Part shown: positions 41,539 through 54,481 of the stretch, piece by piece | Layout of the letters: each line of letters opens with the position of its first letter | Position numbering within the stretch: position 1 is the first letter of the stretch | Source of the DNA: Octopus sinensis | Taxonomy: Eukaryota | Direction of reading: 5' to 3' | DNA length: 64,000 nt | NCBI RefSeq assembly: GCF_006345805.1 | Contig: NC_043010.1 | Coordinates: forward strand, 58,466,001 to 58,530,000 | Program-made: the position numbers and the translations under genes | The notes under the pieces: generated by a model | The model's database searches: none | Told to the model about the DNA's origin: nothing | The model's input: the letters and a program-made list of their open reading frames with translations, nothing else

Positions 41539-42112
41539 GGCGCAGGAGTGGCTGTGTGGTGAGTAGCTTGCTAACCAACCACATGGTTCCAGGTTCAGTA
41601 TCACTGCGTGGCATCTTGGGCAAGTGTCTTCTGCTATAGCCCCGGGCCGACCAATGCCTTGTGAGTGGATTTGGCAGACGGAAACTGAAAGAAGCCTGTC
41701 GTATATGTGTATGTATATATATATGTGTGTTTGTGTGTCTGTGTCCCCCTAGTGGTGTGTTTACGTCCCTGTCACTTAGCGGTTCGGCAAAAGAGACCGA
41801 TAGAATAAGTACTAGGCTTACAAAGAATAAGTCCCGGGGTCGATTTGCTCGACTAAAAGGTGGTGCTCCAGCATGGCCGCAGTCAAATGACTGGCCGAAC
41901 CGCTAAGTGACAGGGACGTAAACACACCACTAGGGGGACACAGACACACAAACACATACACACACACACACATATATATATACATACACATATACGACAG
42001 GCTTCTTTCAGTTTCCGTCTGCCAAATCCACTCACAAGGCATTGGGCGGCCCGGGGCTATAGCAGAAGACACTTGCCCAAGATGCCACGCAGTGATACTG
42101 AACCTGGAACCA
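41539..42112. mobile_element. SINE (41539-41893, +) followed by an inverted copy of its own 41584-41788 segment (41894-42112)
   Basis: Arms are near-perfect reverse complements and share a private internal deletion relative to the SINE copy at 1-283. Confidence 0.9.
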
Positions 42113-45100
42113 ATCGGGCCAACATACCAGCCAAATTGACTACATCCTTACAAGGCAAAGGGAGAGATGGCTGCTTATAAATGCCAAAACCTTCCCAGGT
42201 GAAGAATGTACCCCACAACATAGACTGGTAGTTAGTGACTTTAGGATCAGGACTAGGAGGACAACCAGAAGACGACCAACATGGAGAAGAAGGATCTGGA
42301 AGCTTAAGGATCCTGCAAATGGACAGAGATTTAGGGACATATTACTTGAAGCCTCTGACGAAGTAGAAGGGGATAGTAGAGCACAGGGGGTAGAAGACAG
42401 CTGGACGTTTCTAAGGGACAACCTGCTGAGAGCCACTGACCAGATCTGTGGCTGGTGCAAAGTCCCCTCTCGACCTAGAATAACGTGGTGTGGAACAATA
42501 TTGTAGACAGGGCTATTAGAGAAAAGAGACAGGCTTGGAAGGTCTGGAAAAATGGAGGTAGCAGGGAATTGTATCAGACTGCCAAAAGAGAAGCTAGGAG
42601 ACAGGTTTATTTAGCCAGAGGGGAAGCAGATAAGAAAAAATTTGCCAATGTTCTGCGCCATGAGGACCAAAGACTGGAGGTGTTTCGTGTTGCAAGACAG
42701 TGTGTGAGAGAGAATCGTGATGTGGTAGGAGAGAAGTGTGTTCGCATGGAAGATGGTTCACTTGCGCTAAATGAGGATGCAAAGAGAGAGGTTTGGAGAT
42801 GCCACTATGAAAGGTTGCTGAATGAAGAAAATGAATGGGATAAAGAGAGTCTGCCGAATGTTGACCCAACAGAGGGACCAGCTATCCGAGTTGATAGTTC
42901 TGTGGTAGCTAAGGCAATTAGAAGCATGAAGACAGGGAAAGCCCCAGGCCCATCAGGAATCACTGCAGAGATGCTCAAAATGTCTGGTAGTGTCGGCTAT
43001 AGCCTAGTCACCCATATAGTTAATCAGGTGATACACAAAGGGGTCATACCCAATGACTGGTGTAGCAGTATAATAGTCAACTGCTACAAAGGTAAAGGTG
43101 ATGCCCTAGATACAAATAACTACAGAGGTATCAAGCTGTTGGAGCAGGTGATGAAGGTTACGGAGAGGGTCATAGCCCAACTAATTAGAGAGAGAGTTAG
43201 TTTAGATGAGATGCAGTTTGGGTTTGTGCCAGGGAAAAGTACTACTGATGCTATATTCTTGGTAAGGCACCTGCAGGAGAAATACCTAGCCAAAGATAAG
43301 CCCCTGTACCTGGCTTTTGTTGACATGGAGAAAGCCTTCGACAGGGTCCCCCGATCCCTTATCTGGTGGGCAATGAGAAAACTAGGGATAGATGAATGGT
43401 TAGTGAGAGCTGTGCGGGCCATGTATAGGGACGCCGCTAGTAGGGTGAGGGTTGGAAATGAGTACAGTGAAGAATTCCGGGTAGAGGTAGGGGTCCACCA
43501 AGGCTCAGTACTCAGCCCCCTCCTATTTATCTTAGTCCTCCAGGCAATAACGGAGGAATTCAAGACAGGATGCCCTTGGGAGCTCCTCTATGCTGATGAC
43601 CTTGCTCTAATTGCTGAGTCGCTATCAGAACTGGAGGAGAAGTTTCAGGTGTGGAAACAAGGATTAGAATCGAAGGGCCTCAGAGTCAATCTAGCTAAAA
43701 CCAAAGTCGTAATCAGTAGGAAGGTAGACAAATCACAAACACCTTCAGGTAGATGGCCCTGCTCGATCTGTAGAAAAGGTGTAGGTAGAAACTCTATAAG
43801 ATGCACCAAGTGTAAGCTATGGACACATAAGAGATGCAGCAATGTCAAAGGAAGGCTAACTAGGAAGATGGTTTTTGTATGTGGCAGATGCTCAGGAACA
43901 ATAAACACTGAAAATGCTCTGAGACCAACTTCCGTCACTTTCCAGGGAGAAAAACTAGAAATAGTTGATAGTTTCCGTTACCTAGGTGACCAAGTCAGCA
44001 GCGGGGGCGGGGGTGTGTGCTGAAAGTGTAACTGCTAGAGTAAGAATAGCTTGGGCAAAGTTCAGAGAGCTCTTACCTCTGCTGGTGACAAAAGGCCTCT
44101 CGCACAGAGTGAAAGGCAGACTGTATGATGCGTGCGTACGAACAGCCATGCTACATGGCAGTGAAACATGGGCCGTGACTGCTGAGGATATGCGTAAGCT
44201 CGCTAGAAATGAAGCCAGTATGCTCCGATGGATGTGTAATGCCGGTACTCACACTCGGCAGAGTGTAAGTACCTTGAGAGAAAAGCTGGACCTAAGAAGC
44301 ATCAGTTGTGGTGTGCAAGAGAGACGTTTGCGCTGGTATGGTCATGTGGCGAGAATGGATGAAGATAGTTGTGTGAAAAAGTGCCACACCCTAGCGGTTG
44401 AGGGAACCTGTGGAAGAGGCAGACCCAGGAAAACCTGGGACGAGGTGGTGAAGCACGACCTTCGAACTTTAGGTCTCACCAAGGAAATGACTAGAGACCG
44501 AGACCTCTGGAAGTGTGCTGTGCGCGAGAAGACCCGGCAGGACAAGTGAGTCCACAACCCGTGGCCTTCTACATGGGATGGAGCCAGCCTACGTATGCAT
44601 ACCTTCCCTTCTTGGGACACAAAACTCTACTTGTGAAGACGTGTTGAGGCAAGTGAGGATCAGAATCGAAATCGATCAATGGAAATTGCGGATGTGCTAC
44701 CAGTGCCGAAACTCTGCTTGTGAAGACCCATTGAGGCAAGTGAGGATCAGAATCGAAATCGATCAATGGAAATCGATCAATGGAAATTGCAGATGTGTTA
44801 CCAGTGTCGAAACTCTGCTTGTGAAGACCCATTGAGGCAAGTGAGGATCAGAATCGAAATCGATCAATGGAAATCGATCAATGGAAATTGCAGATGTGTT
44901 ACCAGTGCCGGTGGCATGTAAGAGAACTTTCCGTTTCGCGACCGTTGCCAGCACCGCCCCGTTTCGTGTCCGTTGCCAGCCTCGCCTGGCCCTCGTGCAG
45001 GTGGCACATAAAAAGCACCATCCGTTCGTGGCCGTTTGCCAGCTCTGTCTGGCACCAGTGCGGGTGGCACGTAAAAAGCACCCACTACACTCACGGAGTG

Positions 45101-45250
45101 GTTGGCGTTAGGAAGGGCATCCAGCCGTAGAAACACTGCCAGATTTGACTGGGCCTGATGAAGCCTTCTGGCTTCACAGACCCCAGTAGAACCGTCCAAC
45201 CCATGCTAGCATGGAAAACGGACGCTAAATGATGATGATGATGATGATGA
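42113..45250 (+). mobile_element. 5'-truncated young RTE-clade LINE (end of APE endonuclease, RT, PHD-type finger, 3' UTR, (ATG)n tail)
   Basis: SQIDYIL..EEC.PQHRLVV (APE end); GKAPGPSG, NYRGIKLL, QFGFVPGKST, FVDMEKAFD, GVHQGSVLSP, LLYADD, FRYLGD, GRGRPRKTW; frameshifts near 42490 and 44005; tail (ATG)n ends at 45250. Confidence 0.95.
44622..44910 (+). repeat. Three tandem copies (87, 101, 101 bp) within the RTE 3' UTR
   Basis: Units start at 44622, 44709 and 44810 (aaactctgcttgtgaagac...ccagtgycg). Confidence 0.9.
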
Positions 45251-45550
45251 AACAGTTGTAATTGGTTCAGCCTGCAAAAGGACTTAACTTGTTTCATGTA
45301 TTTATGCAATTAGGTTTGCATATATTTTTGTTATTTTGCAATAAATATGGAGGGGTATGTCACTGTCTGGAACATCGAAGGAACATAAGAAGTACTGCTA
45401 TAATTGAGGGATAGTCATATGTGGAATGGATCAATAGACAGGCTGATGTATGGAAGGAGAACAGATGTAGGGGGACAATGAGGGCCAATGTACATGTATA
45501 TATGGATGGATGGACGGATTTGTATGTATATCTATGTATATATGTATATG

Positions 45551-45594
<44 letters not shown>

Positions 45595-46080
45595 CTGAAA
45601 TTGTGAGGAGCATGGAATCACTCTTTACCCATGTTCTGGATATGAATAATATCGAGGGATGAGGTCCTGGTTTGGGAGTTCTGGGGGGTGATGAGCATGG
45701 ATTCACCCCATAATTACAATTATTCCTAGCTTTGTTCTGATCCTGAACCATAGTACCTGTCAGGGTTCCGTCTATGGGTTAAATAGATTTCCCAGGCACC
45801 TAGCGTAGCTAGGAGGGGGTACGGGCAGTTGTCCAACCCGCACAGCACTTTTAATGGGGCACACTTTTGGGTCTGCTCTAGGCAATATTTTTTTGTGTGG
45901 GGTGCTGAGGGGAAAAACAGAAGGGCCACCCTGGGTGGCACACACTAGCTACACTAGTGCCTGTTACTTTTTACAAAGCCATGGAGAAGGAACTCTTCTA
46001 GAAGATGGATACTCTGACATAAAACTTGCAGTCCAAATAATAGCAGCCATCTTGCAATGTTTGTCACTGGAATCACTTGA

Positions 46081-46301
46081 CCCTTTTGTTACCAACCTGG
46101 CTGAAACCGCCTCTGGCTCTGTAGTACAAATGTCTTGTTTTCAAAAGTTCTGAATTAAAATCTTCCACCAAACCTTAGTCACAATTTATGTTCCTAACAC
46201 TAGCTTAATGACAACTAAGTTATTTCACTAAATTCTTTGTTATATTTAAAGTAATTGAAAAAGATACTGAGCATCTCAAAATAAATAGAGTAACGAAAGG
46301 G
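46081..46301. mobile_element. piggyBac-like MITE
   Basis: TIRs cccttttgttac / gtaacgaaaggg; flanked on both sides by TTGA (46077-80, 46302-05). Confidence 0.6.
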
Positions 46302-46514
46302 TTGATGTGATTGAGAGAGAGGCATAAGTGTTGTACAAGCTTTTGTCAATTAAATCCAGTGGTATTCAGCTATTTCTCTATCACTTCATATCTGTCCACA
46401 TGGAAGGATGAAAGTGAATGAGAAACAATCAAGCTGAATGTGAGATGACTATCATCTGAAAAGATGAGACAAGCATCTTTTGTATGTATGTATGTATGTA
46501 TATATATATATATC

Positions 46515-46815
46515 ATGGACTCTCCCATCGGTAGACGATGTATGAAGGTTCGGTACTTTCTTGCCGAATGACCACACAGATGATTTGTTTATAGTGATCA
46601 AATATTTGTGTCCACATAAGCTCACTCCCTCCTTCAAATCGACATTACCTGTACAGGTGCACCAAGTGACATATGTCAGGTGACGAAATGATTGCAGAGC
46701 AACAAGAAATGAAGTGCTTTGCTCAAGAACACAATGCAATGCCCGGTCTGGGAATTGAGCCCATGATCTCACAATCAAGAGTGCAACACCATAACCACTA
46801 AGCCAGGCGCCTTCA
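46515..46815 (-). mobile_element. Second tRNA-derived SINE family, minus-strand copy
   Basis: Minus strand begins gaaggcgcctggcttagtgg...caattcccagaccgggc...tgtgttcttgagcaaagcactt, like 48081. Confidence 0.65.
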
Positions 46816-48080
46816 CATATATATGTGTGTGTGTTTGTGTTTATCATATATTTCATTATATGTATGTATGTATGTATATATCTATCGACATGTGTGTGTG
46901 TGTGTGTGTCTATATGGATATTTGTATGTTTTCATATATATCGTGTTTATATTAGCATTGCTGTCTCCATATCATCTCACCTGGATTTCTTTCAGAGCCA
47001 CTCTTTACACAGAATCCAAGTCCCCAGTAAAGACTTCAGGGCACTACTACATGTTTCCTATACTGAATATTTCTAGCTCTCACCTTTTGACTCTGTGTGT
47101 GTGTGACAGAGAGAGAGATAGAAAAAGAGTGAGAGAGAGAATATGCTCATAGCAAGAGAGAATGATTTGCAAATAGAAGACATGGAGTGATGAAAGCAAT
47201 AGAGAAAGAGAGAGAGAACAGCAAAGAGGCAGTGAGAGATTGGCACTTGTTTGGTTTTCTATGTATTTCATCAACCTTATTCTGACCTTTTTTATTACTT
47301 TATGTTTTGAATATCAAAGACTCAGATTCTGTCCCCATCACACCAAAATTTTTGAATTAATGAAAAATTAATTAAAACTTTTAAAAAATATTTTAACTAA
47401 TTAATTTTATTTTTATATTTTTAATTAAAAAGAAAAAGTTAATTAAAATTTCAGAGTTGTGCTTGTCTATCAAGTGAGTTGATCTGAGGCCATGCGTTTC
47501 AAGACCGAAGCTACTAAACTCTTGGAGAAACATTGTGTGAGACAGCAAAGAAGTTGAATTCACTTTAGATTGAAAGTATTTCATGAAGTGTCAAAATTTT
47601 CATTATATAACTGTGACCTGGTCACTGACACAGGGTCACTGTAACTAGGGAACCAGGTTCCAAATCATCATCATCACCACCTTCATCATCATTGTTCTTG
47701 TCATCATCATCCTTGCTGTCATCGTTTTTATTATCATCATCCTCGTTGTCATCTCATCAATGTTCTCATCCTTGTCATCATCGACATCCTCATCTCTGTT
47801 GTCGTCGTCATCAGCATCATCCTCATCATCGTCATTGTAATATCCTCTTTTCCAAGTTTGCATGGCTTAGATGGAGCTTATTGTGTTATATATCTTTTAT
47901 CTTTTACTTCTTTCAATCATTGAACTCTGGCCATGCTGGGGCACTACCATGAATAGTACTCATTCTACAAGGCTCTTTTTGTGCAAACTACTAAGTCACA
48001 TGGCTGTCAACAAACCAACACCAGTTAAGTGGTGATGGGGACAAACACACCTGATAAACACAAGTATATAAATCTGCAGT

Positions 48081-48398
48081 GAAGGCGCGTGGCTTATTGG
48101 TTTGGGCATTCGGCTCACGATCGTAAGGTTGTGAGTTCGATTCCCGGCGACGCGTTGTGTCCTTGAGCAAGACACTTTATTTCACGTTGCTCCAGTCCAC
48201 TCAGCTGGCAAATTGAGTTGTACTGTATTTCAAAGGGTCAGCCTTGTCACTCTCTGTGTCACGCTGATTATCCCCGAGAACTACGTTAAGGGTACACGTG
48301 TCTGTGGAATGCTCAGCCATTTGCACGTTAATTTCACGAGCAAGCTGTTCCGTTGATCGTATCAGCTGGGACCCTCGTCGTCGTAACCGGCGGAGTCT
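48081..48398 (+). mobile_element. tRNA-derived SINE (second family), young CpG-rich copy inserted into an older SINE
   Basis: Pol III A-box (tggcttattggtt) and B-box (gagttcgattccc), followed by the tgtgtccttgagcaagacact central domain. Confidence 0.75.
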
Positions 48399-48578
48399 TG
48401 TAAATCTGCAACATCATTCGTTCTGTCACAGCCAACCAAATTCACTCACAGGGCATTGATTGGCTGGATTGGAAGATCTTGCTGGAACTGAACTCAAAGC
48501 CATATGGTTGAGAAGCAAACGTTTTACCATTCAACCATGCCTGCATCTTTCTCTGTGTGTGTGTGCGTGTGTGTGTAT

Positions 48579-48609
<31 letters not shown>

Positions 48610-48630
48610 TGTATATATATATATACACAC

Positions 48631-48662
<32 letters not shown>

Positions 48663-48769
48663 GTATATATATATACACATATATATATACACATATATAT
48701 ATGTATATATATACACACATATATATATGTATATATATATACATATATATATATGTATATATATATGTG

Positions 48770-48850
<81 letters not shown>

Positions 48851-49259
48851 GTATGATGTGAGGCAGATAAGAGTATGTGAAGTATTCATCAGAGACCTGT
48901 CTGCTGACGTAAGCACACTCTGGCTTACGTACAGACTCTCATATTCTTCATCCTGCAACAACTACACTGCCTCCAGATGGGACACTTTGTACATCACATC
49001 TTGAACTGAAGGACCTTGAAAGCCCTGCTACATGAGGAAGTGGCTTCTAGCAAGACAGCACAAGGACAATGACATCTGTTTTCCTTTCATAGATGTGAGC
49101 AAGAGAAAGAGACGAACTCTCCTTATATGAAGATCAAAAAATGGGAGAATATTGCTGAGTAAAATGAATCTCAGTTGGTTTGAAATAATGATTTGTCCAT
49201 CTGTTCCATTAACTATGTGTTGATATTTAATACTGTATATTGTACATATATCTACATAT

Positions 49260-51480
49260 TGGAGCTCTTATTGTACTGAGCTGCAACGCCCAAACTGGCT
49301 CGAAAGTTATGCCTCTGGAGATGTGAACATTATACTTCTGAACATTCTGAATTCAATATGGACAGCATGTGCAGCATCGGTACCACTCAAGCACAAAAAA
49401 AACACCCAATAATGCAATTTGGGAGACTGGAGCAGTCTGACTTGTCAGGAAAGAATGCAGTAATGCTGAACAGGAATACAGAATGCACAAATCAGAGATC
49501 AACAGGAAAAAGCGCAATAGATCATCCAACCACCTCAAGCAGGTGACAAAAAAGGCAGTGCTTGAATTCGAACAGCGCATAGCAACCAACCCTGTTGGCA
49601 AAGTGTTCTGGAAGTATGTCTGTTCAAAACAGAGACCTCACTCTCCAGTTGGTCCCCTTCGCAATCCCCACACAGGACAGATTACTGGCAATCCCAAAGA
49701 ATGTGCAGAAATCATTGCTGGATGCTATGCAGGCATCTTTACTGTCGAAGATCGAAATGTTCCATCCCCATCACCACTGACACTGGACCCTATAACTACT
49801 ATGAAATTTACACCAGCAATGCTACAATGCCAACTTAAGAATAAACGCAACTATGCCTCTCCTGGTCTCGATGGTGTTACATACCTACTTCTCAAACATG
49901 GTGGGTACTTTCTTCTAAGCCAATTTTCTCTATTCTTCCAATTCTGTCTTGACAATGGTGTTACTCCAGAGCAGTGGAAAACTGCCAGTGTTATCCCTCT
50001 GTTCAAAAAAGGTGACCGCACATCGCCTGTCAACTATTGCCCTGTTAGTCTTACTAGCTGCATCACCAAACTGATGGAATCCTGTGTCAGGGAAACCCTC
50101 TGGAACTTCTGGAAGTCTCACAGCCTCATCCAGCTGTCACAATTTGGTTTTATTCCTAACTCCAGCTGCTGTAATCAACTCATCGAGTTTGTTGAGGACA
50201 TTACCCAAATCACTGATCGCAGATCCTGGGTGGATGTTGTTTACCTGGACTTTGTTAAGGCTTTTAATTCTGTGCCACACAAAAGACTTATGGTGGAACT
50301 CTCTGCGATGGGTGTAAGAGACTATCTCTATAACTGGTTGAAGTCCTTTATTATCGGCTGAAAAGAGTTTGTCACAGTTCTAGGACAGCACTCTTCACCC
50401 TATGAGATGACATCTGGTGTACCACAGGGATCTGTTCTTGGTCCCCTTTTATTTGTTGCATATGTTAATGACATAGATGCCAACTTAAAGAATGCCACAG
50501 TGCTGAAATATGCAGATGACATCAAGCTGTACATTGAAATAAAGAGGTCAGATCCTGTACACTATAGATCTGTATTGCAATCAGACCTGGACACAATGCA
50601 GCAGTGGATCATGGACTGACAACTCAAGCTGGCTGTGGACAAATGTACCACCATGCATTTTGAGAGGAAACACTCAGCGTCTACTTACTCCCTCCACAAC
50701 ACTAATCTCAAAAAGTCTTCGCGTGAACGTGACCTGGGTGTTATTGTCGACAGTGATTTGCGTTGGACAAAACACATCGCTAAAATTGCCAATAAGGCTG
50801 AGGGTGTCTTGGCATCACTCACCAAGTCCTTTGCGAGCCGCTCTCCGGCTATCTATCTGCGGCTTTATATAGCTATGGTGCGACCTAACCTGGAATTTGC
50901 ATCACCGGTCTGGAACCCCTATCTTGCCCAGGATATTAATCGTCTGGAAGCCATTCAGTGACGTGCAACCAAAAGAATACCCTCCATTGGGCATTTGCCA
51001 TATTCTGAACGCCTTACTTCCGTGGGCATGGATACACTGAAACTCCGATGTCTGGCAGCTGACTTGGCAGACACCCATAAAATTATTAACCATCTTACAA
51101 ACAATAACTCTGAGCACCTTTTCAAACTCCACCTGTCTAACACCCATGGACATGTTTACAAAGTCAGAAAACAGCACAGCTCCCATGACTTCAGGAAACA
51201 TTTTTTCACGCTGAGGGTTGCTGAAGCATGGAACAAACTGCTGGCATCAGTTGTTAGTTGTCGGAGCACTGCATCCTTCAAAACTTCCATGCTTCCTGAG
51301 ATTCGCCAACACTACACCTGATTTTCTCCCCGCCCCATACACACGCAAGCATGTATCTGACTCATACACTGTTCACTTCCCAGACATTTGTACATTACTG
51401 CACATGCTTTATACGCACTTTTGACAAGTTGTGGTGCACCTGAGCACTGTATGCAATAATTTCATTATTATTATTATTAT
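49260..51480 (+). mobile_element. CR1-group LINE, 5'-truncated, inactivated by nonsense codons
   Basis: ORFs at 49483, 50407, 50635 and 50995 share one frame, separated only by TGA stops; SPGLDGV, YCPVSLTS, VYLDFVKAF, SGVPQGSVLGPLLF, YADD, ERDLGV; (ATT)n tail ends at 51480. 5' edge approximate. Confidence 0.93.
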
Positions 51481-52088
51481 ATATATAACATGATATCATC
51501 ATCATCATCATCGTCGTTTAACGTCCGTTGGGCGATTCTTTCTTGTCTGGGGATTCATGGTCAAACAGTTGGGTGGAAATGCGCAAAAAATTACAATGAT
51601 CCGGTGGTGATGCTGGGCTTTGTATTTTTTTCAAAGCTCCCATGGTTACTGAGATAATCTTCTATAATCATACACTTGTGTTAATGAATGAGAAAGAAGG
51701 GGGTGATAGATGAATAAGGAAGGAATGGTGATGTCATACTTGGTAGTGGGATGATGAAGATTGTACGCTGAAAAAAATAAATCAAAACAGCATTTTGTGT
51801 GTGTATGTAAAAGGCGGGTATGTGTGTGTGTGTACATGTGCGCCTGCAATGGAAGTAGGAGGGTTCATCTTTGTTCACTTAGTATTTGAGTTTATTTTTT
51901 CATTTGGTTGAATCTTGGTTGGTTTTTTTTTGTTGTTGGTCAGTTATTTTTAGCGTTTTGACAGAAAAAAGTCATTCTAAAATTGTTTTTTAATGTAACT
52001 GTGCCCAAATAAGTCGAATGCTTACACAGAGCAGGTTTTACAGCCACATCATCCAGACCGACTGAGTGAAACTGGGCTTAGCTGCTAG

Positions 52089-52098
52089 CATATATATA

Positions 52099-52182
<84 letters not shown>

Positions 52183-52256
52183 TATAGATATAGATATATA
52201 TATATATATACTTATATATATATATATAAAAATATACATATAAATATAGATAAATA

Positions 52257-52313
<57 letters not shown>

Positions 52314-52349
52314 TAAATATATATATTATATATATATGTATATATATAT

Positions 52350-52387
<38 letters not shown>

Positions 52388-52413
52388 ATATATATATATA
52401 TGTATATATATAA

Positions 52414-52469
<56 letters not shown>

Positions 52470-52520
52470 AGTATATATATATATATAAGTATATATATAT
52501 ATAAGTATATATATGTACAC
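52089..52520. repeat. Long imperfect (TA)n microsatellite, representative of many (TA)n, (CA)n, (GATA/GACA)n and (ATT)n tracts
   Basis: Direct inspection. These tracts account for most IYIYIY/HTHT ORFs in the track. Confidence 0.95.
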
Positions 52521-52649
52521 ATATACACACACATTACTATATGTCATAAACATGAATATACATTGTGTTGCATATAAAGACCTCATATATTTAATAAACT
52601 TGTCTAAATTCTGCAGATAATACATATAAACATGTCTGCATACTGTATA

Positions 52650-53560
52650 TGATGTGGTATTAAAAAGTTCCTGGACTAGTTCTGTAGTGTCCCAACAGAT
52701 CACAGCACATGGTTGCATGCACAATACAGAGCTAGCAGTGACCTTCATGGGGCAGTGTACCAAGCAACATTGCTGTGCTTACTTCACAAGTTGTGAAATT
52801 TGTGTTTTTGTGATCACGTGTGTCTGCTGTAATCTGCAATTCTATCATGGAGAGGAACAAAGAGCCAACATAAAATTTTGGTTAATCTTGGGAAGTCTGC
52901 TGCAGAAACATCGAACATACTTCAGTAAGCTTACAGTGATGATGAGGCAATGGGTTGTACGTAATGTTTTGGAGTGGCATGGGTGCTTCAAAAGCAGAAG
53001 AATGAACCTGAAAGGCCTGGCACAAGTGTCACCCCTAGAAATGTGGTATTGTGCATCAAGAATTCGTCACCCCAGGGCCAGATCATCAATCGAGAGTTCT
53101 ACTGTAACGTTTTGAAGCATTTGAAGGAGGGCACTTGGTGATGACAACCACATCTGTGGAACGCAAAGTAATGGATTCTTCATGATGACAATGCACTTTG
53201 TCACCAAACTTCCTCATTCATGAGTTTCTTGCCAAAAAACAACATGGTACCACTTCTGCACCTGCCCTATTCACCAGATTTAGGCACCGGTGGAGTTCCC
53301 TCTCTTCCCCCAAGATGAAAAGGCAGCTCAAAGGCCACCATTTTAGTACTGTGCTCAAGATCAAGAGTGAAACATAGAAGGTCCTCAGCTCACTTATGGA
53401 AAATGACTTCCAGGCTGGATACCAAAACTGGCAGGAAATCAGAGACCAGTGTGTTATTGTGCAAGGTTGACTATTTCAAAAGTGATGAGATAAAAACTTA
53501 GGTAAATAAGTTATTTTTTATTAAACATAACTAGTTCGCAAAGCTTTTGATTTGACCTCT
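52650..53560 (+). mobile_element. Degraded mariner element
   Basis: EQRANIKF..LGKSAAET..LQ.AY; LHDDNA; cctattcaccagatttagg (PYSPDL); degenerate TIRs (aaaaagttcctggactagt / actagttcgcaaagcttttg). Confidence 0.75.
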
Positions 53561-54281
53561 TTTGATAAACATTGTATACAACACATAAACATGTCTAAAC
53601 TCTGCATATTTCATAAGCATCTCAACAAACTGTCCTTAATAATAAGAAGAAAGCTTTTAGAAGTGGGAACCACACACTGAAGGTGAAGAATACCAGAACA
53701 TAGATAACGACAAACCTAAAAATTTTGTGAGGGAGTACAACTTTATTAATTAAAGTAACCAAAACTATTATGGCCAGTGTAAGAGATCATTATATATGGT
53801 AACTTGTTACATGACTTAGTGAGAGGAAGGAGGTGTTTCCTTAAAAACCAATTTAGGGGCTCTGTGACTGCTGGAAAGAAGGGGGGAAGTTAAAGGGTTG
53901 GAATATTGGACCCTATTTAGGATAGCCACAGCCAAGTGATGGTGTTTAACTGGACAACAGATTAAGTCTATCAACGAAAAGAGTAATGGACTCTTCCAAA
54001 CTCACATATTATCACATCTTGAGGGCTGGTTTTGGGGGACAGCAAATAATGTTATTCATTTTGATGAATGACAATAGGGAGTAGGGCTTGTGTGAGAGAG
54101 CACAAATTCGAATTTAGGGCTCTGCAATGATTATAAGGAAGACAAAAAGGAAGAGGAGAGGGGGAGAGGGACATGCAAGAGGTTGATGATGAGGAAATGG
54201 ATGGGGAAGAAGAAAATGTAGTGAGGAACAATGACAGGAGTGATTAGGGTTAAGTATATTTGATGATGTTAAATACATATT

Positions 54282-54356
54282 ATATGCACTTTCTGACAAG
54301 TCGTGGTGCACCTGAGCACTGTATACAATAAATTCATTATTATTATTATTATTATT
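54282..54356 (+). mobile_element. Short 3'-end fragment of the CR1-type LINE
   Basis: gcactttctgacaagtcgtggtgcacctgagcactgtatacaataa plus (ATT)n matches 51413-51480. Confidence 0.8.
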
Positions 54357-54481
54357 CACACATATACATATATAATATAAAATAATAGACATAGAAAGTT
54401 ACATGGATAGACAGACAGATAAACACAGAAACATATAGATAGATAAATAGACAGATAGAAAGATTATATAATGCAACTTAC

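Noticed and set aside
47645-47863. Asp/Met-rich ORF (DDDEDDADDDD...)
   Set aside because: A degenerate (CAT/GAT)n trinucleotide tract between SINE fragments; no splice signals linking it to a gene.
48081-48160. tRNA-like sequence with A and B boxes
   Set aside because: It continues directly into a SINE body and has no complete cloverleaf or acceptor stem; it is a SINE head, not a tRNA gene.
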